DNA of 63,962 nucleotides, filler included, from Chrysochromulina tobinii (taxonomy: Eukaryota): the NCBI GenBank assembly GCA_001275005.1. It is 6 parts of 6 records of this genome, joined end to end, with 100 filler letters (N's around TTAATTAATTAA, not from the genome) between each part and the next. Parts side by side here need not be neighbours in the genome. Positions count along the whole stretch, not along the records: positions 54,199 to 61,768 come from JWZX01001120.1; positions 61,869 to 63,962 come from JWZX01001136.1; 4 more parts are not named here. One strand, given 5' to 3'. The notes under the pieces were generated by a model. It worked only from the letters and a program-made list of their open reading frames with translations, did no database searches and had not been told where the DNA came from. Positions 54,199 through 63,962 of this stretch are shown piece by piece (the first letter of the stretch is position 1; each line of letters opens with the position of its first letter). A program made the translations under genes and the position numbers.

Positions 54199-57100
54199 CC
54201 GACGCCATCATGGCCAACGAGATGTTCACGCACTACGACAAGGCTCGCATCGGCATGCTGTGCGAGAAGGCGGGCCTGCCCGCGCGAGCCCTGCAGCACT
54301 ACGAGAACATCGATGACATCAAGCGTGCGCTCATGCGCACCGAGCTGATGCAACCTGACTTCATCGTCAAGTTCTTCGGCACGCAGTCCGTCGACAACTC
54401 GATCGAGTGCCTCAACCACATGCTCCGCACAAACATGCGCAAGAACCTACAGATCGTGGTGCAGGTGGCGCGCGAGTACTCGGAGCAGCTCACCCCGGCG
54501 AACCTCATTAAGATGTTCGAGACGTACAACTCGTGGGAGGGCCTCTTCTACTACCTGGGCGCGATCCTGCTCAAGACCGAGGACAAGGAGGTGCACTTTA
54601 AGTACATCCAGGCAGCCGCCAAGATCAACAACCTGCAGGAGGTCGAGCGCGTCTCCGTGGGCGGTGACATGGGCGGTGACATGGGCGGTGATATGGGCAT
54701 GGGCATGGGCGGCGCCAGCGGCATGATGGGCGGTATGCCCGGCCCGATGGGCAGCGGCATGCCCTCGGCGCCGAACGCGGCGATCAACAGCGACGGCTTT
54801 GGCGACTTTGGCAGTGCGAGCATGGGTGGTGGCATGCCAATCGGCGGAGGAGGCGCACTGTCAGCAGGAATCTTCGGCGCGCCAGCCCCCGCCCCAGCTC
54901 CCGCACCTGCCCCCGTACCCGGCATGCTACCCGGCGACATGTTCGGAGCGGCCGCGCCCGCCGCGCCCGCGCCACCCTCCGTGGGCGGTGACATGGGCGG
55001 TGACATGGGCATGGGCATGGGCGGCGCCAGCGGCATGATGGGCGGCATGGGCATGATGGGCGGCGGCATGGGAGGCATGTCGGACAGCGGCATGACCGGT
55101 GCCATGGGCGGCACGACTCCGCATGCGTGGACCGAGAACGACTATCCCGATGATGGAACGAAAATCAATTGCCCCGCTAACGACAATTCAGGGCTGAAAT
55201 CGGGCTCGAAGGCATGGTATAAGAAACCCGACGGCGCGCGCGTGATCTGTACCATCGTCAAGGTGTACTACGACGACCCCCCGCCCTACTACACGATCAA
55301 TCTCGATGGGCAAGAACGCTCGACGGTGCGCGATAAGCTGAGGCCCTACCTTGAGGGCCAGAGCACGGCGCCGCAACCGCCGGCCGGCCAGGTGGGCGGC
55401 GGCATGGGTATGATGCCGCCGGCCGGCCAGATGGGCGTCGGCATGGGTGGTATGATGGGCGGTATGCCCGGCCCGATGGGCGGCGGCATGCCCTCGGCGC
55501 CGCCCGCGGCGGTCAACGACGATGGCTTTGGCGACTTTGGCAGTGCGAGCATGGGTGGTGGCATGCCGAGCCAGATGGGCGGCGGCATGGGTGGTATGAT
55601 GGGCGGTATGCCCGGCCCGATGGGCAGCGGCATGCCTGGCGCATCGGCCGGCGGCTTCGGTGCTTTTGGCGCACAGCCACCCCCTACCACTGGTGATGAC
55701 GACTTTGGCGGCTTCGACTCAGCGCCCGCGCCAGCCCCGTCAATGCCAGCGCCCTCTGCTGGTGGCATGGGAATGGGAATAGGCGGCATGGGCGGTGGCA
55801 TGATGCCTGGCAACATGTTTGGAGCGCCTGCACCCGCGCCGGCGGCAGCCTCGTATGCCGCCGCTGATGACGACTTTGGCGGCTTCGACTCAGCACCTGC
55901 GCCGGCGCCGGCGCCGTCGATGCCGTCGCCTTCTGCTGGCGGCATGGGCATGGGGATGGGCGTCATGGGTGGAATGAGCGGCGGCATGATGCCCGGCGAC
56001 ATGTTCGGAGCGCCAGCACCCGCGCCGGCGGCAGCCTCGTATGCCGCCGCTGATGACGACTTTGGCGGCTTCGACTCAGCGCCTGCGCCTGCGCCGTCGA
56101 TGCCGTCGCCTTCTGCTGGCGGCATGGGCATGGGGATGGGCGGCATGGGCGGCATAGGCGGTGGCATGATGCCCGGCGACATGTTCGGAGCGCCTGCACC
56201 TGCACCAGCGCCACCGCCAATGTTCGGAGCACCCGCACCAGTACCATCCCAATACGCCGCCGCTGTCGATGACTTCGGCGATTTTGGAGGATTCGGCGGC
56301 GCACCCGCGCCCGCGCCGCCGCCGTCCATGCCGCCACCAATGGGGGGCGGTATGATGCCTGGCAACATGTTCGGAGCGCCTGCACCCGCGCCGGCGGCAG
56401 CCTCGTATGCCGCCGCTGATGACGACTTTGGCGGCTTCGACTCAGCACCTGCGCCGGCGCCGGCGCCGTCGATGCCGTCGCCTTCTGCTGGCGGCATGGG
56501 CATGGGGATGGGCGGCATGGGTGGAATGAGCGGCGGCATGATGCCCGGCGACATGTTCGGAGCGCCTGCACCCGCGCCGCCCCCTCCTGTTGCGGCCGTC
56601 GGCGACTTTGGCGACTTTGGCGGCTTCGACTCAGCACCTGCGCCGGCGCCGGCGCCGTCGATGCCGTCGCCTTCTGCTGGCGGCATGGGCATGGGGATGG
56701 GCGGCATGGGTGGAATGAGCGGCGGCATGATGCCCGGCGACATGTTCGGAGCGCCTGCACCCGCGCCGCCCCCTCCTGTTGCGGCCGTCGGCGACTTTGG
56801 CGACTTTGGCGGCTTCGACTCAGCGCCTGCGCCTGCGCCGTCGATGCCGTCGCCCTCTGCTGGCGGCATGGGCATGGGGACGGGCGGCATGGGCGGCATG
56901 GGCGGCGGCATGATGCCCGGCGACATGTTTGGAGCGCCTGCACCCGCGCCGGCGGCAGCCTCGTATGCCGCCGCTGATGACGACTTTGGCGGCTTCGACT
57001 CAGCACCTGCGCCGGCGCCGGCGCCGTCGATGCCGTCGCCTTCTGCTGGCGGCATGGGGATGGGGATGGGCGGCATGGGTGGAATGAGCGGCGGCATGAT

Positions 57101-58523
57101 GCCCGGCGACATGTTCGGAGCGCCAGCACCCGTGCCGCCCCCTCCTGTTGCGGCCGTCGGCGACTTTGGCGACTTTGGCGGCTTCGACTCAGCGCCTGCG
57201 CCTGTACCCACGCTCGCGCCCGCGCCCGCCCCTCCTGCTGCAGCAGCTGATGACTTTGGCGACTTTGGCGGTTTTGGTGGCGCGACGCCCACGCCAACGG
57301 TTGCGGCACCACTGTATGTTGGTGGCCGCCAAAACACCTTTGGGGGCTCCCTCGCTGCGGCTGCGCTGGACTCGGACGACAGCTTTGGCCAATTTGAGCC
57401 CATAACGCCCGCGGCTGTTATGGGCGGCGGGGGCTTCATGGAGATGGGCGGCGGCATGGGTGGTGGCATGGGCGGCGGCATGTTTGGGGCGCCCACGACG
57501 CCGATCGCGACGCCCGCGCCCCCCTCTACAGTCCAGATGGGCGGCGGCGAGGGTCTCCAGGCAATCTTGGACGCTTTGCTCCGGCAGGAGCGATATGTGG
57601 AGGCATCTGCATGCAAGGCCCACATCGCCTCCATAGCCGACCTGAGCGTACAGCAGAAGGCCTACGATCGGGCCAAGGAGGATGACGATCTCGATGTCGC
57701 AATGAACCTGAAGAAGAACGTGTTGCCCAAGCTCAAGGCGCTCGTGCAGCCGGATCACATCGTGGCCGGATGGTCTAAGCCCTCGCCGACCCACCTCACC
57801 TTGCATCAGATTGGCGCCAAGGCGACTGCGGCGCTCGGCCCGGCGGACGCGGCCCCCTTTTTGACGCGCTGCTGCTCCCAGAACCTGCAGGCGCTCGCGG
57901 CCACGTCGGTCGAGGACGCGGCCAAGTTGCACGCGGTGGCCAGCTCGACGCTTCAACTGCTCCTCGAGCTACCTACAGCCGAGCAGACCACCAAGCTGAA
58001 GCAGCTCGATGAGCTCATTACGGCGCTCTTGACGCAGCTACGCGCCGCGGCCGAAGCGCTTCAGGCAGCCCCCCAGGGCGACCCTCAGCTCAGTTTGCCT
58101 AAGGTGGTTGACCTTCTCAAGGCGCTCGTGCAGCTTCGCAAGCTGGGCGGCCGCCTCGTGGCTGCGCGAGCCTTCCTCGGCGCCGTCTTCGCCGCGTCGG
58201 CGGCTCGCGCTGCCGCGGGCAGTGCACCCGCCGCCAACTGCCGCGCCGAGATGGTACGGCTGGTGCGGGTGAGCTTGAGCGCCGCCGGCCGCCCTGTGGA
58301 CCAGGCGGAGGAGGCAGATGAGGAGGTGGCGTTCGCAGAGGATGGGCTTACGTACTGGGGCGCATTCGTGCCGATTGGTGAACGGTGCGCCCTCTCCCTC
58401 CTGCCGCTGAAGTCGGTTGCTTTCCCCGAGCTGCCCCCGACAGTTGAGTGGGGTGGTCGCAAGCTGCACGCACCTGCGGCGAACACGTGGGCCCACTGCG
58501 TGCGCGACGAGCCGCCCTCGTGA
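54199..58523 (+). CDS. Chimeric ORF: clathrin heavy-chain repeat fragment fused to a gamma-synergin-like AP-1 accessory protein (5' partial)
   Basis: 54199-54653 reads MFTHYDKARIGMLCEKAGL...EGLFYYLG...VHFKYIQAAAK...EVERV (clathrin heavy chain). It continues into G/M/P-rich repeats with many DFGDF/DFGGF motifs, a small SH3/Tudor-like domain (55200-55350) and a C-terminal CALSLLP...VEWGGRKLHAPAANTWAHCV resembling the synergin-gamma C-terminus. Confidence 0.8.
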
Positions 58524-58690
58524 GCACCGCCGTCGTGAGCACCGGTATGTGCGCCGGTATGAGCGCCGTCGTGAGCACCGGTATGTGCGCCGGTATGAGC
58601 GCCGTCGTGAGCGCCGGTATGAGCGCCGGTATGAGCGCCGTCGTGAGCGCCGGTATGCGCGCCGGTATGCACGCCGTCGTGAGCGTTGGC
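58518..58690. repeat. Low-complexity tandem repeat in the 3' UTR
   Basis: Mixed 12-nt units GAGCGCCGGTAT and GAGCGCCGTCGT. Confidence 0.85.
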
Positions 58691-58998
58691 ACACGCGTCG
58701 GCAACGCCGGCGTCCCACGCGCATGCTCATGAAGCGCACGTGAGCGCGGGGTAGGACGAGGGATGAGGTCGTGGGGGAGGGGGCGAGCCGCGGCGGCGCT
58801 GTCGTGAGCGAGCCGCGGCGCCGCGAGCGGATGCAACAGGCCGGGGCGTGCCATTCCGAGTAACGAACGGCTCGCACTCGACAGCAGATGATGCGCGAAT
58901 GCATGCGTGTATGGGTGCGTGGCAGAGGGGAGGGCGGACGGCGGCATCGGGGGCTGGGTGGGGAAGAACGCATGACAAGAGAGCCGCGGATCGATCCG

Positions 58999-59051
58999 TT
59001 TGGATTGATGTCCAAATTTGGATTGATGTCCAAATTTGGATTGATGTCCAA
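58999..59051. repeat. 3 x 18-nt hairpin-forming tandem repeat
   Basis: TTTGGATTGATGTCCAAA x3; each unit has complementary TTTGGA/TCCAAA arms. Confidence 0.85.
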
Positions 59052-59536
59052 GCTTGGCTTCGCGATGGCGAGGGACGGCCACGCCTCACTCGGTTGGGCT
59101 CAGTCACCCGGCCCGTCGAGCCCAACTCGGCGCGATGGGGGGATCCGCGGGCAGCGGGGCAGTGGGCAGCCTGCAGCCGTGCGCGGCTCGGCTGGTGCAC
59201 AGTGCGGAGAGTCCGGTGTCGATGCTGTATGTCGATTCTCGTGAGTCGTGCTGTAGTATGAGGGTGTCTCCCGAGAGAGCCGCGAGCAAGGGTGCGCGTA
59301 GCGTAGCAAGGGTGCGCGTGCGCGTGACTGTGAGGTGTGCATGCGTGTTGCGTGTTGGCTGTTGTGCTTGGTCAAGGTCGGGTTCGGTTAATGAGCCGCC
59401 GACGAAATCGCCGTACGAGCGGAGGAAAGAGGAAATCGCCAAGTTTCTAATAAAGTAGCATCCTCGCCTCTCTGGCCGCTGGTCCGGCTTTAAGGCCTAA
59501 ACTGTGGTGAGTTGCGTCAACTGATTCACTCTCTTC

Positions 59537-59679
59537 GCAGTGTCGGCCATGCCTCCGTCCATTGCGATAGCGGCCCTCGTGCTTGGGGGTTCGGTGCGCG
59601 GTGGTGGAGTGAGCGTGGGGGGACCGCGAAGAAACTGAACTGAACTGAACTGGTGCGCGCGTTGTGTTTCACAGCAGCA
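59537..59679 (+). repeat. Dispersed non-coding repeat, copy 2 (with an internal insertion)
   Basis: Two blocks matching 21931-22020, separated here by about 55 extra nt including (ACTGA)3. Confidence 0.8.
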
Positions 59680-59714
59680 TTCTCTTCTGCATCTCTTCAC
59701 AAGACCTTCCCGAA

Positions 59715-60440
59715 ATGGCAGAAGCTCTGCCTCCATCACCTCCGCCCATGACGAGTGCCGCATACGAACAGGATGGCGAAGCGGCCAAGCGCATCGCCGC
59801 CGTCATCCCCTACTATCCCTTCAAAGGCATAGCGCGCTTCTACGACATCACCGGCTTCCTCACCAGGCCCGACATCTTCCAGGAGGTGGTCGACATCTTC
59901 GTCGCGCGATACCGCGGCAAGCAGATCGACTCGATTGGCGGATTTGACGCGCGTGGCTTCGTGCTCGGCCCGCCGATTGCGCTCGCGCTTAAGATTCCCT
60001 TCTTCATGTTCCGCAAGCCGGGAAAGATGCCAAACGGCATCTCATCGAGCGCCTTCAGTGTCGAGTACGGAAAACGCGAGGGCATGTGCCTGCCGCGCGG
60101 CATGCCGCTTCACAAGGGCGACCCGATGATGAAGAGTACGGTCGTCAAGGAGGGCGACCGCGTGCTCCTCATCGACGACCTCGTCGCGACCGGCGGAACG
60201 CTCAGCTCGGGCATCGAGCTCGTGCGCAAGGTGGGCGCGACCGTAGTCGAGTGCGCGTGCGTCGTCGAGCTCAAGTTGTTTATCGACCCTCCGCCCGAAT
60301 CGGGTCTGCCCAACCGTACCAAGATGTGGAAGGAGAAGGGCATAGACGATGTACCCGTCTGGGGTCTTATCAGCGAAGACGTGCTCACGCTTCAGGGAGA
60401 ATTACCGGAGGGATACGTGGACGATGGCGAGGAGCACTGA
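59715..60440 (+). CDS. APT: Adenine phosphoribosyltransferase
   Basis: FYDITGFL, GFDARGFVLG, RKPGKMP, VEYG and the PRPP-binding motif VLLIDDLVATGGT. Confidence 0.93.
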   Translation: MAEALPPSPPPMTSAAYEQDGEAAKRIAAVIPYYPFKGIARFYDITGFLTRPDIFQEVVDIFVARYRGKQIDSIGGFDARGFVLGPPIALALKIPFFMFRKPGKMPNGISSSAFSVEYGKREGMCLPRGMPLHKGDPMMKSTVVKEGDRVLLIDDLVATGGTLSSGIELVRKVGATVVECACVVELKLFIDPPPESGLPNRTKMWKEKGIDDVPVWGLISEDVLTLQGELPEGYVDDGEEH

Positions 60441-61177
60441 AAGTCTGTGCGTGCGCTTCGGAGCTCTATCCGTATCGCACAGATCGACGGCAAATACGTA
60501 CCTGCACTTATTGCTCCCATACACATAGTCGACGCACAGATCGCTGTATGTGTGATGTATGTGTGATGTCGGGCGGGCATGCGGGCCGGTCCTTCGCTGT
60601 GACATTGTAAATGCCAATGCGAAGCCGCGAGCGCCAGGGGAGATTCTGCAGTTTTCCCCTGTGAGAGCGTCGGCCGTCGCGTCCGGTCGTGTTTACGTAG
60701 CGTAGGGGCTTACGGATTACGCGCAATCGCAGCAATGTGCTATGCCGCCTATGCGTGCGGCCAATTCGATTACGTAGTTTTCTACAACATTCGGGAAGAT
60801 CATACGATAATCAAATCGTCGCGCGTCGTGGGTGCTTTCATTCGCGCGCGTCGGATCACGGATGGGTGGGGGATTATCGTATGGCGCACGTAATTTAGGC
60901 GCGTAATTACCTCATTATAGCACATAGGCTATTTCGTATTTGAACACTGTGGCCCCGCGCGGCCGCGGCACTGTCGTCAAGTACTATCAAAAGTAATGTA
61001 TTCTCAATGTTGAAGAGAGGACCGAATAGACGAGATACACACCAGTATTTGATTCTCGCTCGTGGTTTCATGGTTTCCCCACACCTTGTCCAGCCGAGAT
61101 GGTGGCCAACGACCCAACGTGGCCAACACAGAAACATGAATGCTGCATGGGGTGCTGACGGCTCCTTGACGCGCAGC

Positions 61178-61768
61178 TCACATGGCGAACGGTACCGACG
61201 AGTGGTGCAGGTAAATGCGCACCTGGCCGTCGTCATTGCGCTTGTACCCAAACGTGTACTCGACACGAACCTCGTCGCCCGACGTCGCGTCCGTGAACAC
61301 ATAGTCGCCCATCGCCTGGGCAGTCGGACCGTTCAGATCAATCTTGTGGTTGCGGAAGACGACGCTCGACCAGCCCTTGCCGCCGTTGATGGCGAAGCCG
61401 GCGTCCTCGCCCTTGAACTTGTCGTTCTTCATCACCTCCGCGCCGACAAAGTATGACATCGCGTCTGAGGCCGTCGGGCGGAACGGGTTGTTCGTCGCCT
61501 TGGTCGGCTTGAAGAGGACATCGGACTTGCCATAGCCATAGAGCTTGCCGGCCGCCTCGGCCGCCGCCGCAACGTAGTCGCCGCCCTCGAGGTAAACCTT
61601 CGAGATCGATGCGATCGAGTTGGCCCAGGCCTTCTGCGCGGCCCTGACTTCATCCACCGTAATGGGCGCCGGCTTTGCCTCGAACGGTACCGACGAGTGG
61701 TGCAGGTAAATGCGCACCTGGCCGTCGTCATTGCGCTTGTACCCAAACGTGTACTCGACACGAACCTC
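61178..61768 (-). CDS. Iota-class (COG4337-type) carbonic anhydrase with tandem domains, 5' partial
   Basis: VLFKPTK, SYFVG, EDAGFAI, AMGDYVF, VEYTFGY and RIYLHHSSVP. The HHSS-containing end occurs twice, 495 nt apart. Confidence 0.85.
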   Translation of the reverse strand, partial: EVRVEYTFGYKRNDDGQVRIYLHHSSVPFEAKPAPITVDEVRAAQKAWANSIASISKVYLEGGDYVAAAAEAAGKLYGYGKSDVLFKPTKATNNPFRPTASDAMSYFVGAEVMKNDKFKGEDAGFAINGGKGWSSVVFRNHKIDLNGPTAQAMGDYVFTDATSGDEVRVEYTFGYKRNDDGQVRIYLHHSSVPFAM

Positions 61769-61868
61769 NNNNNNNNNNNNNNNNNNNNNNNNNNNNNNNN
61801 NNNNNNNNNNNNTTAATTAATTAANNNNNNNNNNNNNNNNNNNNNNNNNNNNNNNNNNNNNNNNNNNN
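61769..61868. other. Artificial contig linker
   Basis: N44-TTAATTAATTAA-N44. Confidence 0.97.
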
Positions 61869-63962
61869 CGACGACAGCGACTCCAACTACGTGTACTCGT
61901 TCAACTCGGACACGCACACGACCGAAGTCTTGATCAACTTCTTGTCGCACGTCGTGGCGGCGGAGAAGATGCTCGGTCATGAGGTCAGGGTCTTCAAGTT
62001 CGATCGCGCCCCCGAGATCGACTGCGAGACCCTCAAGCGGCGCGTCGAGAGCGAGCTACACGTGCGCGTCCTCATAGGTCCGTCGGGCGAGCACGAGTGC
62101 GTCGCGCGCGCCGAAGCGCTCATGGACATCACGTCACGGGCAACCGAGGCGATGATCCAACGCGCGAAGCGCAACCTCGGCTCTGAGCCGCGCCGCTTCC
62201 AGGCCCTCGCCACCAAGTTCGCGGTGTGGCTCAACAACATGCGCCCCGACAAGGACGGCAAGCCGACGCACATGCAGCGGCACTGCGGCAGAGTACCCGA
62301 CTTCGGAGACAAGAACGGCATGACCCCCTTCGTCTTCGGCTGCAAGGTCATCAGGCTGCGCGACGAGATCGAGCGCACCAACTGGAAGGGGGCGGGCAAG
62401 CGCGTCGCCGACGGCATCTTCGTCGGCATCGAGCACTCGAGCTACATCGTGTACAACCCCGAGACGGGCAGGCTCACGTTCGAGCCGTTCATCTGGGCGC
62501 TCGACGAGCTCGAGCTCTCGCGTACAGGCATGGCGGCCGGGGCGTCGCATCACGACGCGGCGAGCCAGATCGAGATCTCGACGGCGGAGCCGCTCGTGCT
62601 CCTCCCGCCCAAGAACTCAACGCGAATGCCGGCACCCAAGGCGCCAGCGATCGTGATCGACGCGCCGATCGGCACACGCATCAAAGTGTTCTGGCAGGGC
62701 GTAAAGGGCCAGCCCGAGCTCGACAAGTGGTACGAGGGTACGATCGTGTCCATCTCCACGCTCGCCAATGGACAGATGCGCCACGCCGTCAAGTACGACG
62801 GCTGGGGGGACATCGAGCACGTCCATGACCTCGTCAACGGAGGAAAGCCGTGGATGCGGCTCGGCGAGGATGGTTGGACGTTCACAACGGTGGGTGGCGT
62901 CACGACCGCGAGCACGGCGATCGAGTCCACCTCGCTGTTGATCCCGGTGGGTGGCGACGAGTTCTCAGAGCCATTACCGGCCCCAACTGTCCCTCCTTCG
63001 ACACCAATCACGGAACAGTGGGCGACCGTCGGGCAGAAGCGCAAGCCGGCGGTCAAGGCTGCCGACGCGCCTGCGCAACCCACGAGACGCTCGACGCGCG
63101 TGACGTTCGACCAGTCCGTCCCGCCCGCCAAGACGCAGGCGAGAACGACGCGTCACTCGGGGAGCGCCGTCAGCGTCGCTGAACTCACCTGCTCGGCGCT
63201 CGAGCGCACGCAGGCGACCCCAGGCATGGCTCAGATCATCGTAGAGCATCTGCTGGGGGACGAAGCGCCGGCATCTCTCAAGGGCGACACCATCGAGTCC
63301 ATCCTGGAGCGCGTCACCGAGGTGCCGTACCAGCCAGTCCTGCATCAGCTCGCCGACGACGTCAGCCCCGAGGCGTCGGGCACGCAGATCGAGTACATCA
63401 CCGAGGCGGGCACCAAAGCGGTCAAGGATCAGCCGAAGGGTGATGGCGTCGCCGAAGGGTGATGGCGTCGCCGGATCGCGACGAGTGGCTCGAGGCGAGC
63501 CGGCAGTCGTTCGTCGGCCTCAAGAACGTCAGGGGCAACAAGATGCGGCGCATCGAGGAGGCCACCGTGGAGGGCCCGATCTTCGACGTCGTCTCGGTCT
63601 ACAGAATCAAGCTCGACCCGTCGACGAACAAGCTCGACAGGGTGACTGTACGCCACAACGTCGACGGCAATCGCGGCAAGCGCGTGTTGGCCAGGCTCGG
63701 CATTGCATACGCGGTGCCCACGTCCTCGACGACCCTCGACGAAGTCGCCTTCAAGATGATCATCTCGGACTCCGCCAAGAGGCAGCGCCACCTCACCAAG
63801 GCGGACGTGAAGTCGGCCTACACGAACGCCGCGACGTCGAGGGGCAAGCGCTTCCTCCGATGCCCTGATACGGCGCCGGAGTTCGACGAGGACGGCACCG
63901 AGATGGTGCTCGAGCTAGGGCCACCGCTATTCGGCGAGCCGGAGGCGGGTTACGAGTGGCAA
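61869..63962 (+). mobile_element. Ty1/copia LTR retrotransposon pol fragment (integrase, Tudor-like domain, RT), frameshifted
   Basis: Integrase core (KFDRAPE...RAE), FVFGCKV and GIFVGIEHSSYIVYNP. The RT in a shifted frame from 63462 reads SPDRDEWLEA...ADVKSAYTNA...PLFGEPEAGYEW. The IN-before-RT order is that of copia. Confidence 0.85.

Overview
GC-rich eukaryotic DNA made of six unrelated contigs joined by artificial 100-nt linkers (N44-TTAATTAATTAA-N44), so adjacency across linkers has no meaning. The gene content and the repeat-filled introns suggest a haptophyte alga such as Chrysochromulina (inference). All domain calls come from manual translation and motif recognition; no HMM or BLAST search was run. 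Contig 1 (1-20083) is a single minus-strand reading frame of about 6,670 codons that the ORF track missed because it has no stop inside the window. It encodes a giant E3-ligase-like scaffold with two DOC/APC10 domains, SPRY, ZZ/C1-like fingers, FxFG repeats, an embedded H2B-H2A histone doublet and a PCMTD-type methyltransferase domain. Contig 2 holds a HET-like/LRR 3' exon, a 13-exon dimethylglycine/sarcosine dehydrogenase-family gene, a CAMK-type kinase and an IQ-motif protein. Several introns there duplicate their own exon junctions. Contig 3 holds a rearranged Ty3/gypsy remnant with an ASCH-like domain and an ODAD1/CCDC63-like gene. Contig 4 holds a TPR protein, a Ubl-ankyrin-Sel1-RING protein, an IQ-prolyl 4-hydroxylase, a CutC-glucokinase fusion and an intron-containing initiator tRNA-Met. 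Contig 5 holds a clathrin heavy-chain fragment fused in frame to a gamma-synergin-like protein, APRT and a tandem iota-class carbonic anhydrase. Contig 6 is a Ty1/copia fragment with a Tudor-like domain after the integrase.
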